A stretch of 64,000 nt of DNA, from positions 42,515 through 106,514 of the forward strand of contig DASYCO010000055.1 of the NCBI GenBank assembly GCA_036500145.1, read 5' to 3'. Position 1 is the first letter of the stretch. Every line of letters starts with the position of its first letter. The stretch is from Alphaproteobacteria bacterium (GTDB lineage Bacteria > Pseudomonadota > Alphaproteobacteria > SMXQ01). Position numbers and translations under genes: made by a program. This document shows positions 8,906 through 19,865 of the stretch, piece after piece. The notes below the pieces were generated by a model. It did not search any database. It was not told where the DNA came from and saw only the letters and a program-made list of their open reading frames with translations.

Positions 8906-11748
8906 CGGATCGTGAAAAGGCTCTCGGCTGAAATGCTTTGCTCGAGCTTCCCTTCAATACTCGCAATCAGCTCGGAGCGCTGAGCGTCGATGCGATCTTG
9001 TGCATCGAAGAGTGTACGACGCTTGCTGTTCCGTTCCGTCTCTAACGCCTTGACGACCTTCTGCCCAGCGAGCTTCTCTTCTAGCGACAACGCCGCTGTC
9101 GCTGCGCGACGCGCTTCCTTGATCTGGCGATCAATCTCCTTGATCTCACGCTCTAGCCCAACCTTGAGGTCATCCGCCCAACCGTCCAATTTATCGGCTT
9201 CCTGCTCAAAGAACCGCGCATTGCGCTCGGATATGGCTCGACGAATTTGGGTTTGCTGCGTTGCTATCGATTGCGTGAGGATTGGAGTCACCGACGCAGG
9301 TGGCAAAGCGGGCTGAGAAACCGAGCCAGCTATGGTCAGCAGGCGAGTTGCCGCCTCTGCGCTTAGCGCGGCGCCTTCGTCCGTTGTACCTGCGAGCAAC
9401 AAATGGTCTTCGCTCTGACCAAGCGCCTCAACCGATAGTAAGGACACGGCTAACCAACCCGATTTTCCCACAAGTGGCTCGATCTGGGAAATTCGCCCTT
9501 CGTGGTTGGAATAGTCAAAGATCAGCTCAGCCGAGGGCAGCTCACGAGCAAGAGCACGCTGCACGATGGCCTCGCCTAGCGGGTGCTGAATGCGAAACAA
9601 GTGCGCCTCGCCAGTACGCCTAGGAAGCTCGTAAAGTCCCGTCGGAACGCCCTCACGGTCCACCCAATTAGGAATTAGGTTCAGCCTGAAAGACGATGTG
9701 TCGAGAAACTCGGCGTCATCAGCCAATTCATACGCCGCGAGCTTCATAAGCTGCTGCTCAAAGTGGCTGAGATGTAGCTTCGTGTCCTCATTCCGAAGTC
9801 TCAGCTTCTCGCGAACCTCATCATCGAAATTCTCGAACAGCTTTCGGCGTGCGTGCGTCATCGCCTCGTTGATCTCAAGATTCAGCTCTTGCTGGAGCTG
9901 ATCGAACGCGGACTTGATTTCTGCTGTCTTCCGGCACTGCTGATAGATTCCCGCAATGCGCTTCTCGAAATCGACCCCAGACTCGATGGCGCCAAGCACC
10001 TCATCGCTGGCTCCAAATACGCCTTCGAATAGCTGAAACTTCTCCGACAGGAGTTCGTAAACGCGTTGGTCTGCCTCATTTTTCTGATTAAGGAAGTTGA
10101 CGACAACAACATCGTGCTTCTGACCGTATCGGTGGCAACGGCCAATTCGCTGCTCGATACGTTGCGGATTCCATGGAAGGTCGTAATTGACGACCATAGA
10201 GCAGAATTGAAGGTTGATGCCTTCTGCGCCCGCCTCGGTCGCAATCATAATCCTTCCCTGCTCGCGGAAATAATCGACCAACGCGGAGCGCATATCTGCG
10301 GTCTTTGAGCCCGTGACTCGATCGGACCCCTCGTGACGAGACAACCATTCTTTGTAGATCGCTTTGGATTCTTCATCGGTATTCGTCCCGTTGAAGAGCA
10401 CGATCCGATCGGAAAACGGGCTGTCCCCGAGGACACGAAGCAAATAGGACTGAGTTTTACGAGACTCCGTAAAGACGATTGCTTTCTCGTCCGCGCCGAA
10501 CTCTCTCGCCTTCGCAAACCCCATTTCCAGAGCCTTGAGCAAGGCCCGGCCTTTGGCGTTCTGCTCAATAGAGGTTGCGAGGGCGGCAAACTCACGAAGT
10601 TCGGCAATCTCGGTTTCGAGCGCACGCTGGTCCGCCTCAGTCAGCAGTTCCTCGTCGTCGTCAGGCCACTCTTCCGCCGTTTGATCGAGCGCTTCGTAGT
10701 CTTCGTCGAGTTCCTCGGCCAGCGACTGCGTCGGTCTGCTCTTATCGAGCCGCTTTTGAAGTCGATTTGAAATTGATGAGAGAGCGCCCGCGATAGCGAA
10801 TGTGGATGAAGCCAGCAGCTTGCGAAGCACGAGCGTCATCAGAGAGCGCTGACTCGCAGGGAGAGCCTGGAGGTTGTCTCGCTGCAAGTATTCCGTGACT
10901 AGGTTATACAGTCGGTCTTCTTCTTCATCGGGGCTAAACTCCTCAAGGATGGCATGGCGTTTTGTATAAGGGACGTATGCCGTCACTTGTCGGCGCAATG
11001 TTCGGTGACAAATCGGCTTCAATCGCTCTCGCAGAATCTCAAACGTCCGCTCTTGTGAGAGATTGGCGAACTGTTCACGGAAGCTTTTCAGGTCGCCAAA
11101 AGCGTGCTCATCGATGAAGCTCACTAAGCCAAAAAGTTCCAGCAGCGAGTTTTGCAAAGGCGTCGCCGTCAGCAGCAGCTTGTGCCGCTCAGCAAGCGCC
11201 CCTTTTAGAGTGTTGGCGATCACGTTTGAGGGTTTATAGACGTTTCGCAGCCTATGAGCCTCATCAATTACTACCAAATCCCACGGGTGAGCGTGAACGT
11301 CTGCCGCCTTGTTGCGGGCAAATTGGTAGGAGCAGATCACTACGCTGTCCGCGCAGTCGAAAGGTCGGAAATGACCTGACTTTATGGCCGCGTTGTACGA
11401 TTTGGATTCGAGGATCGTGCAGGGGATGAAGAACTTCTCGTTCATCTCTTGATGCCACTGCTTGCGAAGGTTGGACGGGGCGATGATGAGCATGCGCCGC
11501 CTTCCCTCCGCCCAGCTCTGGGAGATGACGAGCCCCGCTTCAATCGTTTTGCCCAGGCCGACTTCGTCCGCCAGCAACGCGCCCTTTGACAGCGGCGATG
11601 CAAAAGCAAAGAGCGCGGCATCCACTTGGTGCGGATTCATATCGACCTGAGCGCCCGCGACGGCCACGGCCAACCGCTCGCTGCTATCGGAAGAACGGCG
11701 GCGCGTTAGATCACTGGCAATGTATTTGGAATGGTAGGCTGTGATCAC
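8890..11748 (-). CDS. SNF2-family (Swi2/Snf2) DNA-dependent ATPase/helicase with about 390-aa uncharacterised C-terminal extension ending in a coiled coil, 952 aa
   Basis: Motif I LADEVGLGKTIEAG, motif II VIDEAHRLRN, TATPLQNSL, C-terminal helicase lobe FTESR and QRIGRCHRYGQ. GTG start overlapping the stop of the RHH gene (GTGA). Its stop overlaps the AIPR start. Confidence 0.8.
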   Translation of the reverse strand: MITAYHSKYIASDLTRRRSSDSSERLAVAVAGAQVDMNPHQVDAALFAFASPLSKGALLADEVGLGKTIEAGLVISQSWAEGRRRMLIIAPSNLRKQWHQEMNEKFFIPCTILESKSYNAAIKSGHFRPFDCADSVVICSYQFARNKAADVHAHPWDLVVIDEAHRLRNVYKPSNVIANTLKGALAERHKLLLTATPLQNSLLELFGLVSFIDEHAFGDLKSFREQFANLSQERTFEILRERLKPICHRTLRRQVTAYVPYTKRHAILEEFSPDEEEDRLYNLVTEYLQRDNLQALPASQRSLMTLVLRKLLASSTFAIAGALSSISNRLQKRLDKSRPTQSLAEELDEDYEALDQTAEEWPDDDEELLTEADQRALETEIAELREFAALATSIEQNAKGRALLKALEMGFAKAREFGADEKAIVFTESRKTQSYLLRVLGDSPFSDRIVLFNGTNTDEESKAIYKEWLSRHEGSDRVTGSKTADMRSALVDYFREQGRIMIATEAGAEGINLQFCSMVVNYDLPWNPQRIEQRIGRCHRYGQKHDVVVVNFLNQKNEADQRVYELLSEKFQLFEGVFGASDEVLGAIESGVDFEKRIAGIYQQCRKTAEIKSAFDQLQQELNLEINEAMTHARRKLFENFDDEVREKLRLRNEDTKLHLSHFEQQLMKLAAYELADDAEFLDTSSFRLNLIPNWVDREGVPTGLYELPRRTGEAHLFRIQHPLGEAIVQRALARELPSAELIFDYSNHEGRISQIEPLVGKSGWLAVSLLSVEALGQSEDHLLLAGTTDEGAALSAEAATRLLTIAGSVSQPALPPASVTPILTQSIATQQTQIRRAISERNARFFEQEADKLDGWADDLKVGLEREIKEIDRQIKEARRAATAALSLEEKLAGQKVVKALETERNSKRRTLFDAQDRIDAQRSELIASIEGKLEQSISAESLFTIRWNIA

Positions 11749-12002
11749 CCCTTACGCTCCTCGCGCATCGGGCGCTTCCGGTTCACATGATTGTTGGCTT
11801 GGTTACTACCAGCCACATGCACGCGCATAAACTCACGAATGACTTGAACCCCGGGTCGATCCTGCGCGCGGCAGGTTTCAAGAAACTTCTCTCGAAGTTC
11901 TCGCTCCACTCTAATGCGCAGCCCCGAATTTTTCATCATAGGCGAAGTGTATCCAGTGGATACACCGTCTACTAGCAAAAGCGCATAGCCCCCCAAGCCC
12001 AT
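11745..12002 (-). CDS. small ribbon-helix-helix (CopG/Arc-like) DNA-binding protein, 85 aa; first gene of the defense operon
   Basis: Core LRIRVERELREKFLETCRAQDRPGVQVIREFMRVHV has the beta-strand / helix / G-turn / helix pattern of RHH repressors. Its stop overlaps the SNF2 start. Confidence 0.45.
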   Translation of the reverse strand: MGLGGYALLLVDGVSTGYTSPMMKNSGLRIRVERELREKFLETCRAQDRPGVQVIREFMRVHVAGSNQANNHVNRKRPMREERKG

Positions 12003-12289
12003 CCTGAGATTGACAGATGTTAACCCGCCGTTCGACGCAGCCGAGCTTACGGAAGATATTATGGTGAAGCCGCGTTGGGTTGACGTAGCGGTTCGTTATC
12101 AGCATGCGAGGTAACCGCTTAGAGCTGTCGTCGCGTAATCGCTGGACTTCCCACTTAATAAGAGCGTGCATGCTGGAAGAGCGGGCCGCTTTAGGACCTC
12201 CGCTCCTGCCTGATCGGCGGCATCGCCTATGAGGCTTTCGTCGGTGCAAGCGCCGCAATCTCTGCGGTGCCTAAACCCGGAGGTCCAAA
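12003..12289. promoter_or_regulatory. divergent intergenic region, presumably holding promoters for the RHH-SNF2-AIPR-mod-res operon (leftward) and the DUF3489 gene (rightward)
   Basis: A 287-bp non-coding gap between divergently oriented genes. Inferred only; no motif identified. Confidence 0.25.
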
Positions 12290-12853
12290 ATGCCCAAACT
12301 TACCGACACGCAGCTCGTAATTCTTAATGCCGCAGTCGGGCGTGACAGCAAGGCTGTCCTGCCGCTGCCTAAATCCCTCAAAGTGAATAAGGGTGCTGCG
12401 ACTAGCGTCCTCAACGCATTACTGACGAAAGGATTGATCGAGGAACAGCCGACAAAGCTGCGCGCGGGAGTCTGGCGCCAGGACCAAATCGGACAGCGTT
12501 ACCTGCTCACGATTACCGACACAGGTATGGCCACCCTGGATAGCGGTCCGGCATCAACAATCAAGAAGCCGCCTGCTGCCTCCGCGAAAAATAGGACACA
12601 GACGCAACGCGGCACTGAACAAGGCAAGCCGGTTAATGAAGGCGCGGCAAACAAACGCCCGACCGGCAAACTCGCCACGATCCTCGGATTACTCCAGCGT
12701 TCTAAAGGCGCTCCCCTTGTCGAACTCGAGAAGGCAACTGGCTGGCAGCCTCATAGCGTACGCGCCGCCATGACGGGCTTGCGTAAGCGCGACATTGTTA
12801 TTCAGCGCGAAAAGCAAAATGGCGTCACCCGGTATCGCGTGGCGACTGCTTAA
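12290..12853 (+). CDS. DUF3489 domain protein
   Basis: Carries the GWQPHSVRAAMTGL...RYRV signature region of DUF3489 family proteins, which accompany DUF2924 and serine recombinase genes in alphaproteobacterial mobile elements. Confidence 0.7.
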   Translation: MPKLTDTQLVILNAAVGRDSKAVLPLPKSLKVNKGAATSVLNALLTKGLIEEQPTKLRAGVWRQDQIGQRYLLTITDTGMATLDSGPASTIKKPPAASAKNRTQTQRGTEQGKPVNEGAANKRPTGKLATILGLLQRSKGAPLVELEKATGWQPHSVRAAMTGLRKRDIVIQREKQNGVTRYRVATA

Positions 12854-12864
12854 GCGAGGTCAGC

Positions 12865-13266
12865 ATGGATATCTCGATGCTGGCCGACCTCCCGCGTGCG
12901 CATCTGGTTACACGCTGGCAAACGCTGTATGGCGCTCCGCCACCCAAAGGGATGAGCCAACGCTTGATGATCGGGGCTCTCGCCTATGCCCAGCAGGCCA
13001 AGCAGCAGGGCGGCGCAAGCGCCACCCTGTCACGTCGGCTCGCAAAGCTGATTGCCGGGACGCCGATTAGCGAGGCTCCCGCCCCACGAGTGCTTAAATC
13101 TGGCGCTCGCCTGGTGCGAGAGTGGAATGGCAAAACCCATACTGTTGAGGCTGTCGAGAACGGCTTCATCTGGAAGGGCACGCACTTCCGCTCGCTCTCA
13201 GCGGTGGCGCGAGCCATCACAGGAGCGCGCTGGTCAGGCCCGCGATTCTTTGGAATCGATACATGA
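12865..13266 (+). CDS. DUF2924 domain protein
   Basis: RWQTLYGAPPPKGMSQRLMIGALAYAQQ matches the DUF2924 N-terminal signature. Its stop overlaps the recombinase start (13263). Confidence 0.7.
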   Translation: MDISMLADLPRAHLVTRWQTLYGAPPPKGMSQRLMIGALAYAQQAKQQGGASATLSRRLAKLIAGTPISEAPAPRVLKSGARLVREWNGKTHTVEAVENGFIWKGTHFRSLSAVARAITGARWSGPRFFGIDT

Positions 13267-14930
13267 GCGTCCGTTCGATCCCCTGCGCGATCTATACCCG
13301 CAAGTCGACGGACGAGGGCCTCGATCAAGCCTTCAATTCACTCGACGCCCAACGCGCCGCCTGTTCCGCTTACATCCGCAGCCAAGCTAGCGAAGGCTGG
13401 ACGGAAATCAAAACCCTCTACGATGATGGCGCTCAGTCAGGCGGGACGATCGAGAGACCAGCTCTCAAGCGGCTGCTCGCTGATGTCGCGGCCGGCCGCG
13501 TAAAGGTCATCGTGGTCTACAAGGTCGATCGGCTAACCCGTTCGCTAGCAGATTTTGCCAAGATCATCGAGATCCTGGAGGCCCATGATGCATCCTTCGT
13601 CTCGATCACCCAGCAGTTCAGCACAACTACGTCTATGGGGCGCCTCACCCTCAACGTGCTGCTGTCCTTCGCCCAGTTCGAGCGGGAAGTCACCGCCGAA
13701 CGCATCCGCGACAAAATCGCCGCCTCAAAGAAAAAGGGCATGTGGATGGGCGGCGTGATCCCTCTCGGTTACGACGTGCGTGACCGCAAACTCCTCATCA
13801 ATGAAGCTGAAGCTAAAACCGTTCAGACTATCTTCGAGCTCTATCGCAAGCATACCAATACCCGTCTCGTAAAAGACGCGGCAGATCGACTGGGGCTTAG
13901 AACCAAAGAGTTTGTCCTCGTAACCGGCCGTCGCAAAGGTGGCCGGCCCTTTACCCGCGGTCACATCAACAAGATCCTGATCAACCGGCTCTACATCGGC
14001 GAGATCACGCATAAGGACATGAGCTATGCTGGCGAACATGCTCCGATCATTGATCGCGCCCACTGGGATGCTACCCAGGCCCAACTTACGCGGAATGCCG
14101 TGGTGCGACGCACGGGGTCGAATGCGCGCGAACCGAGCCTGCTCACTGGCCTCGTGAAAACTGGAGATGGCGCTCGGCTTGTCCCATCACACACCAGCAA
14201 AGGCGGACAGCGTTATCGATATTACATCACAAAGTCTGAGGAAACAGGCGGCCCCCGTCCTTGGCGGTTGCCGGCGCCAGCTCTGGAGAAGCTAGTCATC
14301 AATGGGATCGACAACTTTCTGTTGGATCGCCAGCGTATCGCGGAGGCAATCGGCACAGAGATGCCCGTGGATAGCATGGAGCCTGTTTTTGCCCAGGCGG
14401 CCGTCATGGCTGCAGATCTACGCGCGCCCGCTTCAGCAGCGCTCCGAGAAAAGCTCCTTCATATTCTGCAAGGGAGCGTGATTGACCAGGAGCGGCTTTG
14501 CATCACTCTGAACGCTGAAGCACTCCATAAACGACTCGGCATCTCAGACCTTACGGCCACCAAGGACATCATCATCACGCTGCCAATCTCGCTCCGGCGG
14601 CGCGGTATCGAGGTCCGCTTCGTCATCGAGAACTCAGGCCAGCCAATCAAGCCCGATGAAAAGCTGATCGAGCTCGTGGTCCAGGCCCATCGCTGGTTTA
14701 ACGACCTCAAAACCCGCCCGAATGTTCGTCTTCGCGAACTCGGGAAACGTGACGGCGCAGACCGTGGCGACATCAGCCGCATCCTGCCACTGGCATTTCT
14801 GGCACCCGACATCGTCGAGGCGATCCTCAATGGACGCCAGCCGCCTGAACTGACGGCCGCCCGCCTCAAACGGATGCCCGATCTGCCGCTAGATTGGCAG
14901 CAACAGCGGCGATATCTCGGGTTCGAATAG
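13263..14930 (+). CDS. large serine recombinase (resolvase/invertase-type catalytic domain plus recombinase domain), 555 aa
   Basis: N-terminal IYTRKSTDEG holds the catalytic Ser, followed by VDRLTRS, a long recombinase domain and a C-terminal extension. Lies next to the tRNA-Ala island boundary. Confidence 0.85.
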   Translation: MSVRSIPCAIYTRKSTDEGLDQAFNSLDAQRAACSAYIRSQASEGWTEIKTLYDDGAQSGGTIERPALKRLLADVAAGRVKVIVVYKVDRLTRSLADFAKIIEILEAHDASFVSITQQFSTTTSMGRLTLNVLLSFAQFEREVTAERIRDKIAASKKKGMWMGGVIPLGYDVRDRKLLINEAEAKTVQTIFELYRKHTNTRLVKDAADRLGLRTKEFVLVTGRRKGGRPFTRGHINKILINRLYIGEITHKDMSYAGEHAPIIDRAHWDATQAQLTRNAVVRRTGSNAREPSLLTGLVKTGDGARLVPSHTSKGGQRYRYYITKSEETGGPRPWRLPAPALEKLVINGIDNFLLDRQRIAEAIGTEMPVDSMEPVFAQAAVMAADLRAPASAALREKLLHILQGSVIDQERLCITLNAEALHKRLGISDLTATKDIIITLPISLRRRGIEVRFVIENSGQPIKPDEKLIELVVQAHRWFNDLKTRPNVRLRELGKRDGADRGDISRILPLAFLAPDIVEAILNGRQPPELTAARLKRMPDLPLDWQQQRRYLGFE

Positions 14931-14971
14931 CGCCCTTCCGCGCATCAAGCGCAAAAGCGTTGGCTGAATAA

Positions 14972-14999
14972 AAGCCCGACAGAGACGGGCGGCTTTTTC
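14972..14999 (+). terminator. rho-independent terminator after the recombinase gene
   Basis: Hairpin GCCCGACAGAGACGGGC followed by GGCTTTTTCA. Confidence 0.5.
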
Positions 15000-15113
15000 A
15001 GCCCCGCGATCCTCCTTCTCGACCAATAGATTTGGTCTCCGCACGGGAAAACCCCCAGAAATCCGGGGGTTTTCGCGAAATCTCTAAGCTTAGAGAAAGG
15101 AGCAAGGGTGGAT

Positions 15114-15189
<76 letters not shown>

Positions 15190-15569
15190 AAACATCCCGG
15201 GTCGGAAAGCCGGCGGCGCCCGAGGGCGGGGGGCCGGTTTTCGAGGGCCGGATAATGTGTTGAGGGCCCTTTCCTTGTCAAGCGCCGCCAGCAGCTTCCG
15301 GCGACTGTTTCCCAATCATCACAAGGGCGTGGCGAAAAGGCCGCCGCCCGGGCCCCGGCCTTGCGCCAAAGGGGCTGCGCCGCTAGGGTTGCGGCCATCC
15401 GCCGGGCCTTCAAGGGCTTGGGCGAACAGCACAATTTCCCGCGCACGCGTGCCGACGGCAGCCAGGATCGCCAAAAGCGGCTGCCCGAGATGACTGCCTG
15501 ACCGGGGCGCGCCCTGGCTTTCGTCGACCCGCAAGTCGACGGGCCGCCGGCGCCGATAGAGAGGACGCG

Positions 15570-15851
15570 ATGAACTCCCTGCTGATCCTGATCGACACGG
15601 TGATCAACCTCTACATCTGGCTGCTCATCGTCTGGGTGGTCATGAGCTGGCTGATCAACTTCAACGTCATCAACACGCACAACCGCCTCGTCTACATGGT
15701 CACCGACTTCCTCGACCGCATCACCGAGCCGGTCCTGCGGCCGATCCGCCGCGTGCTGCCGAACATGGGCGGCCTCGACCTGGCGCCGGTCGTGCTCATC
15801 CTGCTGCTCTACTTCCTGCGCAACCTGCTGTTCGAATACTGGCCGCGCTGA
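15570..15851 (+). CDS. yggT: YggT family membrane protein
   Basis: 93-aa hydrophobic protein: MNSLLILIDTVINLYIWLLIVWVVMSW...LAPVVLILLLYFL, typical of YggT. Confidence 0.75.
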   Translation: MNSLLILIDTVINLYIWLLIVWVVMSWLINFNVINTHNRLVYMVTDFLDRITEPVLRPIRRVLPNMGGLDLAPVVLILLLYFLRNLLFEYWPR

Positions 15852-16178
15852 TTGGCTGACCGCTATCGGCGGACCGCCACGGGCCTCGCCCTGGCCGTGC
15901 GCGTGACGCCGAAGGCCGGGCGCAACGCCATCGCAGGCTGGCGCGCCGGCAACGGCGACGGCGATGGCGGGCCGGAACTGGCCGTCGCCGTCACGGCGGC
16001 GCCGGAGGACGGCAAGGCCAACGCCGCCGTCGCCGCCCTGATCGCCGAGGCGCTCGGCCTGCCCAAGTCGGCGGTCGCCGTCGCCCAAGGCGGCAAGGCC
16101 CGGCACAAGATTCTGCGCATCGAAGGGGACGCCGACAGCCTGTGCGCCCGACTCGACGCCGCAACCGACAAGACCTGA
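15852..16178 (+). CDS. DUF167 (YggU-like) protein; TTG start as drawn, alternative starts possible
   Basis: LAVRVTPKAGRNAI...GKANAAVAALIAEALGLPKSAVAVAQGGKARHKILRIEG matches DUF167. Immediately follows yggT, as in many genomes. Confidence 0.6.
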   Translation: MADRYRRTATGLALAVRVTPKAGRNAIAGWRAGNGDGDGGPELAVAVTAAPEDGKANAAVAALIAEALGLPKSAVAVAQGGKARHKILRIEGDADSLCARLDAATDKT

Positions 16179-16193
16179 CATCTGGAGAGTTTC

Positions 16194-17102
16194 ATGGCTG
16201 ACGCGAAGATCATCGACGGCAAGGCATTCGCCGAAGGCCTGCGCGCGCGGGTGACCGCCGCCGCCGCCAAGCTGAAGGCCGAGCACGGCCTCGTCCCCGG
16301 CCTCGCCACCGTGCTGGTCGGCGAGGATCCGGCGAGCCAGGTCTACGTCCGCAACAAGGGCACCCAGACCCAGGCGGCGGGCATGAACTCCTTCCACCAT
16401 CCCCTGCCGGCGACGACGAGCCAGGCCGAGCTGCTGGCGGTCGTCGACAAGCTCAACAAGGATCCCGCCGTGCACGGCATCCTGGTGCAGCTGCCGCTGC
16501 CCAAGCAGATCGACCCGGAGACCGTGATCGCCGCCATCGACCCGGCCAAGGACGTCGACGGCTTCCATGTCGTCAACGTGGGCAAGCTCGCCGCCGGCAT
16601 CAGCGACGGCCTCGTGCCCTGCACGCCGATGGGCTGCCTGATGCTGCTGAAGGACGCGCTCGGCGACCTCGCCGGCAAGGAAGCGGTCGTGGTCGGCCGC
16701 TCGAACATCGTCGGCAAGCCGATGGCGCACCTGCTGCTCGGCGAAAGCTGCACCGTCACCATCGCCCATTCGCGCACCAAGGACCTCGCCGCCGTCTGCC
16801 GGCGCGCCGACATCCTCGTCGCCGCCGTCGGCCGGCCGCTGATGATCCAGGGCGACTGGATCAAGCCGGGCGCCGCGGTGATCGACGTCGGCATCAACCG
16901 CGTGCCCATTGAACCGAAAGAGGGCACCGAGCCGGGCAAGACCAGGCTGGTGGGCGACGTCGACTTCGCCGCCGCCCAGAAGGTCGCGGGCTTCATCACG
17001 CCGGTGCCGGGCGGCGTCGGCCCCATGACCATCGCCTGCCTGCTGCGCAGCACGCTGCTCGCCGCCTGCGGCCAGCACGGCATCGCCGCGCCCGTGATTT
17101 AG
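16194..17102 (+). CDS. folD: bifunctional methylenetetrahydrofolate dehydrogenase/cyclohydrolase FolD
   Basis: [60 protein letters not shown]. Confidence 0.9.
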   Translation: MADAKIIDGKAFAEGLRARVTAAAAKLKAEHGLVPGLATVLVGEDPASQVYVRNKGTQTQAAGMNSFHHPLPATTSQAELLAVVDKLNKDPAVHGILVQLPLPKQIDPETVIAAIDPAKDVDGFHVVNVGKLAAGISDGLVPCTPMGCLMLLKDALGDLAGKEAVVVGRSNIVGKPMAHLLLGESCTVTIAHSRTKDLAAVCRRADILVAAVGRPLMIQGDWIKPGAAVIDVGINRVPIEPKEGTEPGKTRLVGDVDFAAAQKVAGFITPVPGGVGPMTIACLLRSTLLAACGQHGIAAPVI

Positions 17103-17221
17103 CCCGCGGCTTCGCCGCGCCGGTTGTCTCATCCACGGCTTCGCGTGGGGGGACTCGCGCCACGCTCCTGCACGTCGCTTAGGAGTCTTGTCTCTTAAGG
17201 AATGATTTATCCAAAACGGGC

Positions 17222-17518
17222 ATGAAACTTCTGGCGGCGACTGTGCGTTGCCATACAATCGCATGTGACGCCGCGAACGGTCGGCGTCGTCGGCGAATCG
17301 TCATTTCCGGGGGAACCGTGAACAATCGCAAGGGCACCACGCTGGCCCTCCTGCTCATCGGGCTGGTCAGCATCAACTTCTTCTATCTGTCGGACATGCT
17401 GTTCGACGAGGACCAGATCGTGCTCGGCGTCAAATCGGTCGCCTGCATCATCGTCGCCAACGTCATCACGTTCCTGGGCATCGTCGCGGTCGTTCGCGAC
17501 AAGCCGCCGCGCCGCTGA
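17222..17518 (+). CDS. small hypothetical membrane protein (true start may be the internal GTG/Met; uncertain)
   Basis: A lower-GC pocket inside high-GC DNA. Encodes hydrophobic TLALLLIGLVSINFFYL...IIVANVITFLGIVAVV. No homology assignable. Confidence 0.25.
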   Translation: MKLLAATVRCHTIACDAANGRRRRRIVISGGTVNNRKGTTLALLLIGLVSINFFYLSDMLFDEDQIVLGVKSVACIIVANVITFLGIVAVVRDKPPRR

Positions 17519-17617
17519 CGCGCCGCGCATCCCGTTTCCGAAAGCGAGCGCCCTGAAAGCAAAAAGCGCGGCCGATCGACGGCCGCGCTTTTGTTTTTCA
17601 GCCGTGGCGGCGCAGGT

Positions 17618-18841
<1,224 letters not shown>

Positions 18842-18965
18842 CTTACTGTCCTGAAACGGAAATTTCGGAGCGTTCCGCCCTTGGGGCGCACGCGGCGGCG
18901 CAGTATCGGCAAAACGCCCTGTGAAGGCAAGCCGGGGCGAGTCCGGGCACGCCTGCACGCAGCCT

Positions 18966-19747
18966 TCAGCGGCCCTTCGGCGGATTTCGGAAAATGGCGG
19001 TCGGCACGGCGGGCGCGGCCGAAGCCGGGGGCGGAGTTGCCGGAGCGGCGGCGGCTGGGATGGTGGCTGGCGCCGTGTCGAACTCCACCGTGCGCGGCTG
19101 GCTGCCGTCCGGCTTGTCCTTCAGGGATTCGTCAAGCACGGCGCGCACCGGCGGCGCGCCGAGCGACGGGCGCATGTCGAACTTGTACTTGGCGTAGGGC
19201 CCGTCCTGGCGGACGTAGTGCAGGAAGAGCTGCAGCTGGGTGTCGCCGACGAACTCGTCGCGCCAATGGGTGACGTCGATCCCCTTGTAGAGCAGCAGGT
19301 CGCCCGGCATGAGGTCGGCGGCGACCTTCTTGCCGCTGAGCGAGACGAGGTTGAGCGGCCAGGACTCGTTTCCCGACTGGGCGATGGTGACCGAGACGCT
19401 GACCTCGCAGGAGGGCCGGTCGGTATGGCGGATCAGCGACGCGCCCTTCATGTAGATGCGGCCGAAGGAATAGGTCGGGAACAGCTTGTGGCCGGTCTGC
19501 ACCTCGACGAAGGGCAGCAGCATCTGCATCAGCGTTTCCGCCGCGTCGACGCCGAAGGCGGAATAGCCGTGGCCGACCTGGCGGTCGATCTTCAGGCGGC
19601 GGCTGCCGTAGAGGATTTGGTATTCGGTCGCGATGAAGTCGCGCAGCGCCGTAGGGATCGCCTCGCGGCAGATGAGATAGCCCTCGCGCGCGAACTGCGC
19701 GGCGGCGGGGCTTTGCGAGGCTGGGGCGGAACTCACGGGCGCGCTCA
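18966..19747 (-). CDS. putative Fe(II)/2-oxoglutarate-dependent oxygenase-like protein (260 aa)
   Basis: A real-looking C-terminal portion of the long 18966..20600 ORF, starting at MSAPVSS. HTDRPS supplies an HxD, with a distal His in VTHWRDEF. The N-terminal 280 aa of the track ORF is antisense to the CAP gene and rejected. Confidence 0.4.
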
Positions 19748-19865
19748 TGAAGCCGATGTAGGCCAGAATGGGCCGACGCGCCAGACGGTTTTTGCCCGGA
19801 CGATTTTTGCGGCCGAATGCGAGAGGACTCTTTCCTCCGGACCAGCTTTCGGCCAACCTAAGGCC

